From Acanthopagrus schlegelii (lineage: Eukaryota), in contig CM085480.1 in the NCBI GenBank assembly GCA_041753875.1, positions 5,799,958 to 5,863,957 of the forward strand: a DNA stretch of 64,000 bases. The letters are read 5' to 3'. This document shows positions 11,650 through 23,050 of this stretch, piece after piece. The notes beneath the pieces are model-generated. The model saw only the letters and a program-made list of their open reading frames with translations. It had not been told where the DNA came from and ran no database searches. How positions within the stretch are numbered: position 1 is the first letter of the stretch; each line of letters opens with the position of its first letter. The translations under genes and the position numbers were made by a program.

Positions 11650-12420
11650 TTAACGGCGACAAGTTGTTTTTCCTGATGGTGAGTGTGGGAACGTGGTGAT
11701 CTTTGTGTTGACATGTCCAGGAGCCCGGAGCCATTAATCAGCTCTCTGTGTGCCTTAAAGGTTAACTGAGTTTGGCCCTCATGCCAGATGATGCCTTTTT
11801 GTCAAATGCCCTCTCATAATGTTACTGGTGCTGCAGAATAAACCTCCCCTCTTCTTCCTGCTTTAAGTACCAACGGCCTGCAGGCATAATTCAATCACCT
11901 CGATTGCAGGGCGGTGCTGCGCAGACCTATATGTAAGTGCGTGCCTTCCTCATCAGATGTGTGTCTGCTGCCCTGTTATATGGAGCCTGGTTTCCGCGTT
12001 GGCGGCGTGGTTGTTTCCGAAGCTGTGTTTGTCGGATCGTATTTTCCCACTGAGATTGTAAGCGGAGCTGGCCTGTGTGCTGGCTGAAGGGACTGGGTTG
12101 GAGCCCAGAGTCCGTGCTTATCGACCTGAGCGTAACGGCCCGTGTGCGCTCGGCGTTGCTTTGCTGAGCTGCTGCGCTTCATCCCCGGTGTCTCTCACTC
12201 CCGTTGACGGGGCCGCTGCACGGGAAACCTTCCGGCCAAGCTGGACACCACGGCAGGTGGTTTATTCCCAACCATAAGCCGTCTGCTCGCTGGGAATCCC
12301 CGCTGTTCTGTCTGCGCCGTTCCGTCTGCATTGTCTGTCCACGCTGCTCTGCTTTACTCTGTCCGCTCACGCTACACCGAGCATAATTAAAGGAGCATTC
12401 AGGACTTTTATTTAACTAGG
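11650..12420. other. CpG-rich island in an otherwise AT-rich intergenic region
   Basis: There is a dense run of CG dinucleotides, for example ccgcgttggcggcgtgg...cgtaacggcccgtgtgcgctcggcg. Both-strand ORFs here are GC artifacts. The copy-2 duplicate lies at 43720-44490. Confidence 0.5.
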
Positions 12421-13785
12421 ACATGACCATTGGATTGTCGGTACAGGATCACTTCATTCATTTTTCATTTATGTTTTTTTGTTGTAACCCCCAGTGTTTA
12501 ATTTTATATTTTCCTTATTCCATTATTCATTTAGCCCATTGGTCATAGTGTCTGTGTGAAGCACAAGTAAACCCAGTGCTGACATCCTGACCCTATTCCA
12601 GTGTGGTAGTGCTCTTTGAAGCCAGTGTGGTGTTTTGCGCTGTGCCCACCTTCCATGACTTGATTTTATTAATGTTTGCTGATTCTCTTTCATCAAACAG
12701 CTGCTGAGCCTGAGCGGGTGGCTGACTGATCCCTTTGGTGGCGGTCACCTTCACTTCCTTTTTCAGCAGCGTGCAATGTGGTGCGATCTGATGGTGTGTG
12801 TGTGGGTTTTGGTGTGTCTCATTGGACCCCTTCCCCTCTCCATCAGCTAGTCACCTTTGCTGGGAGGCCCACAGCCCTGCGCACTACACCTTTAATTTTG
12901 ATTATACTTTTGAGTGAAGGTTATGGGGCCAAAAGAATAACTGTGCAATATTGGGCTAAAAGGGTAACTGTGCAATAAAATTTACAAAATCTCCACCAGA
13001 CTATAATACTTTTAAAGAATTGTGTTCATTTAAAGAGATTAAATAAACATGTGTATTTTTGGAAGCACATGAGTGATTTTGGACCTGTGACCTTTTCTGT
13101 GTAGTACCATTTAAAATTTAAGTTCTTTTAAAATGTAAACCCTTGCTGCTTCGCCACAATAAGTAGAGACCATAGGCTAACCCATAAGCCAGAGGTAAAT
13201 GCCTATAGGTGGTTCCAGAAGAGCACAACTCTGGATGAGAGGATTCCTTTCAAGGGGAAATTCAGCAATATCAAGCAATATATGCGAGGCAAGTCAAACC
13301 CATGGGGATTCAAAGTGTGGGTGAGAATTGGAATCTCTGGTGTGACTTCAGTTTCTACCAAGGCAGTGTCAGTGGAATACGAGCCGAATCTGAACTTGGA
13401 TTGTCAGGTCATGCTGTGATGAAGCTTGCTTCCACACTTCCAGATGTAACCTTTTAAGAAGGTACAGAGTACACAGGGGCTTCAATGAAGAGGCCACAAC
13501 AGACAGTGTGAGTCATACATGCCATTTATTTTATTACAACTACAACTCTAAGAACACAGGCAAGAGGAGACAAGAGGCCAGACAGTCATACTAAATATAT
13601 CATTATAAACCCAACACACTTCAGAAAAAACACCACATTACTACAGTGTGCAACCACAAACAATATCACCATCTAAAGTGAACTCCCAGCATCAGCCTCG
13701 CCAGCTGCAGCACTAGAGACAAAAGGAGACAGAATGTTAACACTCTAAAAGAATTCCAGTCCTATAAAAAACTATTATATATATA

Positions 13786-13836
13786 TATATTGATATATAT
13801 ATATATCTATATATATATATTGATATATATATATAT

Positions 13837-13880
<44 letters not shown>

Positions 13881-13892
13881 ATATATATATAT

Positions 13893-13928
<36 letters not shown>

Positions 13929-13997
13929 ATATATATATATATATATATATATTGATATATGAATATATATATATATATATATATTGATATATGAATA

Positions 13998-14048
<51 letters not shown>

Positions 14049-14098
14049 ATATATATATATATATATATTGATATATGAATATATATGTATATATATAT
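13786..14098. repeat. (TA)n / (TATATATATTGA)n compound microsatellite
   Basis: Direct reading. The ORF 13790-13987, which reads IYIYIY..., is an artifact of it. Confidence 0.95.
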
Positions 14099-15199
14099 AA
14101 ATTTAAATTTAAAATGTTTTTTTTATATATATATATTTAAATGAGCATGAGGCCACTTCTTTGCATTTCAAAGTGAACAAATACATTTAAAAGCTCACGT
14201 GTGTTCCTTAGATTAAAAAAAACAAAACATGGCTAATGAATTGTCTCCTGTTGAGACTTAGGTTTCCTCAGCCCAGGTTTGTCTAACGCCGGACAAAACA
14301 ACGTGAACATGGTGTACTATATTTTGGGGCGGTATCTATATTTAAATTTGAGGGCAAATGCTCAGCAACACCCACATGAAATTCAATGAGATCTCACGTG
14401 GTGTGGTGTTTAAAAAAAAAAGAAAGAAAGAAATAGAATGAAAAAAACATAAAGGGAATAATCCCCACTGTAAGTACTAGCACGTTATTTATCCATGCCT
14501 TTAAAATGCCTTGTGTCTTTTATAAGACTTTGTTTCAGGCCTGAGCGGTGGGAGGAGGTGAAGAGAGCGGTGGACTGGGTCTGCTGGGCTGACCGGCTGC
14601 CCATTACTGGTCCACTGAGCAGACACACAAAACGCATAGCTGTAGCCTTGTTAGAGGAGAGAAGGTAAAAACTTTCAACTAGAAATGTTTTCAAACACAA
14701 CTGAACTCATTTGTTTGCCTTACCTGCTGTTAAATAACTAAATACAGTATGCTTTCTGCAGTTAGCAGATTTCTTAAAGTTCCCATGAAACGTATAGTGC
14801 ACTGCTGTCGGCTGCGGCATGGTTGCGTGTCCTGTAAAAACAGCAGCAAGAAAGGGGCACGTCCCGAATATTGATTGACGTTTACAATAGTTGATAGTGC
14901 CTAATGTGCATTACTGAATCTGGCCATACAAGCAATCTAAGTAAACACAGCTGAACCAGTACATGTCCACAGGATCCATCGTTTCCACGCTTACCATTCA
15001 TTGTCTGTGTGTAACCGGATCAACCTTGTGTGTTGAATCAAATGTGTATATAATTACACAAAATCTGTTACTGCCTGACAAGAAAAAAAAATGCCTCCAA
15101 ATCCATTATGTGTAGACTGTGTGTGTAGCTCGAGGCGCCTACTCTTGAATTTCTTCTTCTGTGGTCCTTGCTATAAATGCCCACCTCTGCCCTTTCGTA

Positions 15200-15900
15200 C
15201 AATGTTCCTGTAGGAGAGGTGGGTGTCATTGTTTCATTCAGTTGATAATCACCCTAAACCATCTTATTGTTTCACTTTGTTTATTATATGTATTTCTGGG
15301 CTCTGTCATGACTCTAGAGTCAGGTCCTTGTGTTGCTCTGATTATGTTTTTGTTTTTGTCTTATATTCGCTTGTCTTGGTATCATGTCTTTGTATCATGT
15401 CTTGTGTCATGTTTTGTTTTTCCATGCCCTCTTGTGTCTCTTGTCCTTTAAGTCTTTCCTGTGGTCTGCCGTCTGTCTCCCTCTGTCTGTCAGCCTTGTT
15501 CCCTCCTGGTCTGCTCCTCTGTGCTCCTCCCCCTCGTTATCACACCTGGCCTCGTCCCTCCTCTCTCTCCTCACCTGTTCCTTGTCATGTCATTAGTGTC
15601 TGTGTATTTAGTCTGTGTGTTTCCTTCACTCCCTGTCCGGTCGTCTTTTGTTTCTATTCTGTCTTTGGTTGTTCACGCTCCTGCTCATGCTCCTGTTTCC
15701 TTTTTGGTAGGTTTTGAATTTTTTTTGCTTTTTTTTTTTTCCATGTTTGATTTGACATTTGACTTTGATTTGAACTTTGTATTTTTGCTTTGCTGCTTTG
15801 TCTCGTCCTTGGTTGCTACTTTGTTTTTCATCCCTGTTTGTCTGCTTTTGGTTTTTGTAAACAGCTTTTAAATAAAAGCTCGCCTATTGTTCCCCTGATC
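15200..15900. repeat. Pyrimidine-rich (CT/CTGT) low-complexity tract
   Basis: Strong C+T skew with repeated tgtct and cctct motifs. The overlapping + ORFs 15161-15871 are low-complexity artifacts. The copy-2 counterpart is at 47330-48000. Confidence 0.7.
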
Positions 15901-15979
15901 TTGCCTCCTGTGTAACTGCGTTTGGGTCCACCTCCCCTTCCATAGTCTTCCCTATTTACCCCAACCTTACAGTCTCAAT

Positions 15980-16013
15980 GTTGTTGTTGTTGTTATTGTT
16001 GTTGTTGTTATTA
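15980..16013. repeat. (GTT)n microsatellite
   Basis: Direct reading. The copy-2 counterpart is at 48110-48135. Confidence 0.9.
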
Positions 16014-17514
16014 TGTCTGTTCCTGTCTAATAATGTATACATGTCAACAGAGTAGCATTTAAAAATAGTAGTTTTTAACAGTTGAAAGCCGCTCGCTTAA
16101 AGTCATGACAAAACGAACTTTTGGGTTTGTTTTTATTTTATTTGTATAGGGGCTGTAGTGGACTGTCTGATGCACATAGAGGTTCTGCTTGTTAATCTTT
16201 CAGTCGGGTATGTTTTGCTGAATATGTGGTTTATTCACTGTAAGATATTTTTGCTATGTAGTCGCCCCTTTGGTACAATTCTCCTGTGGGAGAGGAGCTT
16301 GAGTGGACAGTATTATTTACATGGAGGATCTGCTTGTTGTTCTCTCTGTCAGAATAAACGGGGATCATGTCCAAAGAGGTCCCGGTGTCACAGCATCATT
16401 CAAACCAACACAACGCAGAAGCACACCGGTCACACGTGTAAGCAGCCATTTCAAAAGAGAAGGTGCCGTAATGCCTGCATCTCATTTGCATAAAGTTAAA
16501 GTCTACGCTACTTTATGCAACATCCAGCAGCAGTTTCTCTAGAGACTCCTGAGAAGCAAACCACTGTTGAGCTAGAATTAAGATGGATTCTGCAACTGCC
16601 TGGCATATTTCTCACCTAACATGTCTTCAGAAATGCATTTCAATGAGATGTTCTTAAAATAAGCAAAGGTTTCCAAATGAGCCACCAAATTGGTCTGTTT
16701 TGAAATCCTAAATTTGATTTGTGTTGTGCTGCTCTGGAATGGCAGTGTGCTTTGACAAGATTCAGCTCAAGGAACTGAAACAAATTGTTGTTGAACTATG
16801 AGGCTGCTACACCACTTCTCTCTTTGTTTTTCTCAAGATGGATATAAACGTCACATGTTTCTAATGAGCTACTGACACTTCGTTTGAGCTGTGTCTTTAG
16901 CTGATTGTGATCAGATGTTTCCTTAAGACAAACATGTTTATACAGCAATTAAACCATCTACAGTTTTAATGTCTAATTTTATTCCAGTGTCATGAAGAGG
17001 CCGACTTAAAATAGAAAAATAATTAATAGGAGGTGTACCAAATTAAAATAAAAGCAGTTTATGGGTTGTTTTTTTTACTTTCGCAGTTTTATACATGGAA
17101 TTAACGTTCAAATGACTTGAACACAGTCTTTAAAATTAACTTGTGGCCATTTCTTTGCATTTCAAAATTAAGAAATGAATAAAAAAAATCTTAGATGTTT
17201 CTGTTGTTTTACCATGATGTACTTATTTTATCATCACCAGTTTGTATATATGAAATGTCAGATTTATGTTGATCAATTGCATGTACTTTAGTGGGACTTG
17301 TTTAAGAAGCCCATAAACTACATTTTACATGGAATTAGTGTACGTGCAAATGTAAGTGAACAACCAAACCACGTTTATTCAAATGTTTAATTGGACTTTA
17401 CAGTCTTACAGTCTGGAAATACAGCAGGGATCACAGCCTGATCTGAATCTGTTCATCTTGGTCCATTTATGTGTATAAAGTAAAAATAGTCTATAATGTC
17501 TCCACAGTCACAAT

Positions 17515-18406
17515 AAGATTGAGACACAGCCAAGGCCGAGAGGACAGGCGGAAGAGAGTAGTGACAGCCCATCAGTCTGGGAGGGCTATACGGCAGCATC
17601 TGGGACAAATTTGCACGCATCTACAATCGGACAAAAACTGAATAGCCATGACAATTGTGGGAGGATTGCTAGAAGGAAGCCTCTGCTCTCAAAAAGAACA
17701 AAGCTGACCGTTTCAACTTTGCCAGAGAGCACTTGGACAAACCAGAGACTTTTGGAAGTCCATTCTCTGGACAGATGAGTCATGTGAAGGTCTGGGGCTG
17801 CTTTTCTGCTTCTGGACCTGGATGACTCCATATTATCCAGGGAACCATGAATTCTCAGGCCTGTCAACAAATTCTTGACCAGAATCTCCTGCCATCAGTC
17901 AGGGAGTTGAAGCTGGGGCGAAAATGGATTGTGCAACATGACAATGACCCAAAGCATTCCAGCAAAACGACAAAGGAATAGCTTCAGAGAAACAGGATTC
18001 GTACTCTGGATTGGCTCAGTCAAAGTCTGGACCTTAATCCAATTGAAATGTTGTGGCGAGACCTGAAGAAGTTGGTACATGCCACATGTTCCTCCAACCT
18101 CTCTCAACTGGCTGAGTTCTGCAAGGAGGAGTGGAGGAGCAAACATCCCCATAAACAGATGTGAGAGACTGAATGAGTGAGAGAGTAATGGCTTACTTTT
18201 GCACGTTAGATTTTCATTTTTGTGAAATAAAACTCTTTTGTTGAATTAAATGAAGACATATCCCGTGTGTGTGTGTGTGTGTCCATTATTTTAAATGTCT
18301 GCTTTACAAATTGGGATCTTAATGTATGTTTAATATGGTTATTTTAACGTTTTTTACAAAAACAGTGACTGTCTGGAGGGTTCACAAACTTTCATGCAGC
18401 ACTGTA
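17515..18406 (+). mobile_element. Tc1/mariner (Tc1-like) transposon remnant. It is 5'-truncated, carries internal deletions and stops, and ends with a terminal ...CAGCACTGTA repeat.
   Basis: It translates to ...[112 protein letters not shown]. This is the DDE transposase of the Tc1 family, as in Sleeping Beauty. Confidence 0.85.
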
Positions 18407-18583
18407 CCATTACACAGATGTGGAACTTAAAGATATTGAGCTGGTGGTGGATGTTTCCTGTGCAAACTATTTTCATCACCTTTAAAAACATGTGACTTCC
18501 TGAAAACCGTGAGAGATGTTGAATCCACCATCATCATATACATGCGCTGACCGTTCAGGAGAGAGCTGGTTACCTTTTGAGCG

Positions 18584-18653
18584 ATGGAGGAGATCTATGC
18601 AAATGTTGATTACAACAAGCCTGTCGACCCAACACCTTCAACAAATCAGACAG
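18584..18653 (+). CDS. Gene C exon 1: cytoplasmic tail MEEIYANVDYNKPVDPTPSTNQT
   Basis: Identical to B exon 1. ATG at 18584, with a GTAAGA donor. Confidence 0.75.
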
Positions 18654-18747
18654 GTAAGAATGCTCACTCACACACATGGGTTGTGCATATTGATGTTGTG
18701 TATTATCCTGTGTTATGATCATGATATCATGTCCTCTCTGTGTTCAG

Positions 18748-18849
18748 GTCCCAGGAGCTCAGAGAGGAGGCTTCATGGAGCCGTGGTTCTCTGTCTGGGG
18801 CTGCTCAGTGTTGTCCTGCTGGTTGGACTCATCAGCCTCGGTGTCACCT
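18748..18849 (+). CDS. Gene C exon 2: TM anchor (GPRSSERRLHGAVVLCLGLLSVVLLVGLISLGVT)
   Basis: Same splice sites as B exon 2, 102 nt long. Confidence 0.8.
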
Positions 18850-19258
18850 GTGAGTCTGTTTTTCATCAGTCAGTGTCGGGTGAACTTGTGAGAGATACTC
18901 GTGTCTTTATGAATATGATTTTACAGCCATGGTAAATATATTCCAGCAGCTAATGCAGCAAAATGACATATTTGAACATCTGTGGATGATGAAGAGCTGA
19001 ACCATGTTTGAATTCAGGTGCAGGTTGCTCAGTATTTAGATATTTGCTGGGGAAACATCAGAGCATATTATTATAAAGACTGTACAACACTGTTTGGACT
19101 TCAAGTTCATTTCAGCCCTCAGGTTGATATTTCATAGACTGCATGAGCAGAATGAACATCTTCCTCTGTCAGGACAAATTAGGATGATTTTGACTCAAAT
19201 ATAGAACCTTTAGTCAGTATTGGTATCAGTGCATGAGTGAATCTTGATTTAATTTCAG

Positions 19259-19426
19259 ACTGGGATTTAGCTGCAGAACACTCCACTGTCAAAGCCAACC
19301 TGACGGAGCGTCTCCAGGCCAGTAATGACAAGCTGTCCTCTGTGTCTGAAGAGAGAGACCTGCTGAATGCCAACCTCACTTCAGTGTCCAAAGAGCTGGA
19401 CAGACTTCAGAGTTTGTCCAAACAGA
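19259..19426 (+). CDS. Gene C exon 3: neck, 14 aa longer than in gene B (...DKLSSVSEERDLLNANLTSVSKELDRLQSLSKQ)
   Basis: 168 nt long, which is 126 plus a 42-nt in-frame insertion duplicating two heptads. Same acceptor and donor as B exon 3. Confidence 0.8.
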
Positions 19427-20264
19427 GTGAGTGCTCGCCTGCCTGTGTGTGTTCTGCACAGCTGTCTGTTAACATGAAGGACAGGAGCTGCCACGGCCTC
19501 ATTTATAGAACACCTATATACAGAGACTGTGCTGATCAGACACTTGTATCCCACTCTCACTTCTGTAAATTACATTCATGTACCCATGACTTTATTCATT
19601 CTTTCAATTCATTCAAACAGGAATATATTTAAGTTAATGCACCTTTTTTACTTGGATAGTTTAATAGTTTCCATATCATATATTTTTTTTTAATATAACG
19701 CTATGTCTTCAGTGTGGCCACTGACTGTGACATGATCCTTCTTGAGTTTCACACTTGAAAGACTTTCAATTCCCTATAACATTGTGTGAACCACCCAATG
19801 AGAGTGCAGCCTTTTTAAGGGTGGAGTCCAATTTACAATATTTTCCCCCTCTTGAGACCTTTCCTTATTGCCTTACTTTTTGAGTTCATTGAGTTGGAAA
19901 TGATACTAATGAAATTATTGTGAGGGAGCACAAAAGTATTGCTTCTATTGAAGACCTGAGAGGCAAGTCATCCAAACAGTTAGGGAACTTCAAAAGATAA
20001 CCCCCCTGTAAATATTTTTTCCACCTTGTGTCATAAACATGACAGGGGAAACAATCTAGATTTTAAATAGTCTGTGAAATAGTAAGTGCTGTCAAGCAAT
20101 TTAGAAAATGATCTAATCAATTACAAGCTTTGTGATTAATTAAGCAAATCATGGGGTGTCTTGAGTTAGAGAAGACATCTTATACATCTCTCATCTATTT
20201 ATAGATGGAGCATTCAGCTAGAGTCATTTCCTTGTAATTGCTTGTCTAGCAGCAATACCAAATA

Positions 20265-23050
20265 AGAGTTTCGTTTTAATATTTCAACATAAAAGCCCAA
20301 AAAGCCATTCCAAATATAGTAACTAATTCTGAATAAATCTTACGCCAAAAGGCATTTACTTTTGGACAGGCCCAGAACAAGTGATAGTGGTTTGGCTTCC
20401 TGGGAGTACAAACACACTCTACAAACACTCCTAACCCTTCCAGCCAAACACCCTCCATGCAACTGAGCTCGATATCCTTCACTGAAATTCACAATATTCC
20501 TTCCAAACTTCTTATGAGATAAAACTGTTAGATTCCCTCTCCTATTTTTGTTTATATAGGTGGAGCTTGTTAACTTGATCTCTTGAAGAGCCCTGTATAG
20601 TCTTGAAATTACTTTAAGCCCTGAATCACTTTTACAGGCACTAATAAGAACTTTCAATATGCTATTTTCAAATGTCTTTTTGCATTACCTGTTTCCATTA
20701 AATTCTTAAGTCTTTTATACCCTAAGAAAGCCTGGATTGGAACAGCTCCTGACACCTTCTCTTCAATGTCTTTCCATCTTGCCGGTAATCATGATTGCAC
20801 CAACTATACAAAATGTTCAGTTGGGCTGAAATACAATATTCTTTCAGGCAGGGGAGTGTAAGTCCTCCATTGTTTTTCGTCAGTTGAAGTTGAAATCTTG
20901 GCCTTGTTTTTTTCCCCTTGCCAGATGTATCTAGATAGTAGTTTATCCCATTCATTGAACTGTCTATCTGTAATTTCAACTGGAACAGTCTGAAACAAAT
21001 ATAGCACCCTAGGTAATATAGTCATTTTTACCGACTCAATCCGTGACTCAAAACCTAATACTGGGATTAAATTCCACCTCCTTATGTCTTCCTTCATCTT
21101 TTGGCTGAACAAATCATAATCTAAATCATACAAATTGGTTAGCTATCTTGGTATGTTTACTCCCAAATATTTAATAGGATTGATATCCCAATTTAATCTG
21201 AACTTGGGGCTAATGATCTGCCTAGGTCTATAGTTGAAACTTAAAATTTGGGACTTTGAAATATTCAGTTTGTATCCTGATACCAAGCTAAAGGCATCCA
21301 AAAATGACAACAATTACAAGATTGGGTGCGACAAGTAGATAAAAACGTCAACTTAATGCCTCAATTAAAATTGCAAACAGTAACAGATTTAGTGGACAGC
21401 CCTGTCTAGTCCCTCTTTCTAGGCCAAATGACTTTGATACTTCTCTGTTTATTTTTACTCTTGCCTTTTGGTTATTATAGGCTTTAATAGTTTCAATAAA
21501 GGTCTTTTGAAATTCAAATTTTCCTAATACACTATATAAGAATTCCCAGCTGACGCTTGCCTGAAGTTTATTTTCTTAACATTATCTATTACATGTAACG
21601 TCCAGCGAATGTTATCTTGTGTCTGCCTTTGCTGGATAAAGCTTGTCTGGTCCAGACTTATTATCTGGGGGAGGTCTTTTTGCCAAAATGTGTGTAAAGA
21701 TTTTGTAATCCTGATGGAGCACACTCACTGGCCAATAACTTCCACACTCAGTTTTGTCTTTCCCCTCTTTTGGAGTCAGAGAAATCACTGCATCTCTAAA
21801 AGAAGGAGGAGTTATGCCAGTCCTAACAACATGGCTGTATGTGTCCTTCATGAATGGGGTCAGCAAATTAATTTTAATTTTAATTTCTTTGTACCACTCC
21901 GAAGGGAAACCATTGGGCCTTGCTGCCTTATTGTGTTTTAATTTGATATTGCCTTTTTAATTCCTTCATCGGTCATTTCTTTAGTTAAACCTTTATTTTG
22001 TTTGTCCCCCACTTTAGGTAGAGTTATCAGGTCTAAGAAAGCTTCCGTCTTTGTTTCATCTACTATAGATTGTGTATACAAGCTTTTATAAAAAGTTGCA
22101 AAAGATTGCTGTATATCTTTTTTATTATATTGAATGGAATATGTTTTAAGGTCCCTTATTTTATTAATTGTGTTTTCAGCCTCTTGCTTTTTTAATTTGT
22201 AAGCTAGCAGTTTAGCTGTTTTTCCCCCTGCTACATAGCACCTTTGTTGAAGGAAGATCATCTTTTTTTCAATGTCGTTTGAGTAGATTTCATTCAATTC
22301 ATTTTATTTTTGTCCATCTTTGTTTTTGTTGCTTGACTCATTGTATTTTTATGCATGTCCCAATTTTTCTACTGTTTTTTTTTTAGTAGCCTATAATCTC
22401 CCTCCCAAGAACCTCTTTGCAGGCATCCCGCAGAATAAGTGGGGACACTCCCCCCTTATCATTTTCGTCAATGTATTCTCATCCTTATTTGCCGTCTCCT
22501 TTGATTCAGGATCTCTATGTTTAATCTCCAAATAGTATCCTTTTTCCACGACTTAATATAAATCCATGACAACTGGGTCCCTATCCTGCAATCTATCGCT
22601 CTATATAAATCTTAATCGATAGAAGTTGAGCCTCGAGTAAACACTAGGTGGGCGTGAAAAAAAAAGAGTCCCTTTTTGTGGGGTTCAGATCTTACCAAAC
22701 ATCAGAGAGCCCCAGCTCCTCATCATTAATTTGATATTTTGGTAGTTTTTCTTCTTCCCTGAATAAAAATGTTTCGATGTGTCGAGAGTCTGGTGAAGTC
22801 TAACATTAAGGTCTCCACTACAGTTTATAATACCCTGAGCCTCAGAGCTGACCAACTCAAAAATTTGTTTTTTAAAATTTCCATTCAGATCCTGGGGGGG
22901 GGGCATAAACATCTATTAAAGTAGCCAGAACATCTTGCAGATATCCCCGGACTAATACAAATCTCCAAGTCTCTGTCTTTCTTTTCATATGTGCACTTAA
23001 AATGTGAAATGAATTAAAATTGTTACCACTCGTAGAACCCTGACTGCAGG
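20265..23050 (-). mobile_element. L1-like non-LTR retrotransposon (LINE) on the minus strand. It spans ORF2 from the C-terminal end of the endonuclease domain, through the RT, to the C-terminal zinc knuckle, with frameshifts.
   Basis: Minus-strand ORFs cover these parts in order. First, GDLNVRLHQTLDTS, the endonuclease C-terminus. Next, ISLTPKEGKDKTECGSYWPVSVLHQDYKIFTHILAKRLEKILPQIISLDQTGFIQQRQ, the RT. Then MTILPRVLYLFQTVPVE..YIWQGEKNKAKI, the thumb. Last, CTPRKPNHYHLFWACPKVNAFWRKIY, the C-terminal C2HC-like motif. Confidence 0.8.

Noticed and set aside
13790-13987. ORF encoding MIYIYIYIY..., and a 121-aa ORF at 45839-46204
   Set aside because: These are translations of the (TA)n microsatellite. 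The repeats are not CRISPR-like, because this is eukaryotic DNA with no spacers and no cas genes.
15161-15871. Several overlapping + ORFs of 96-164 aa rich in Ser, Leu, Cys and Pro
   Set aside because: They lie within a pyrimidine-rich low-complexity tract. They have no start context and no domain-like sequence, and they duplicate with frame changes at 47291-47885. They are composition artifacts.
17586-18152. Two minus-strand ORFs of 94 and 85 aa
   Set aside because: They are antisense to the Tc1-like transposase coding remnant. The sense-strand translation gives the recognisable DDE transposase motifs.
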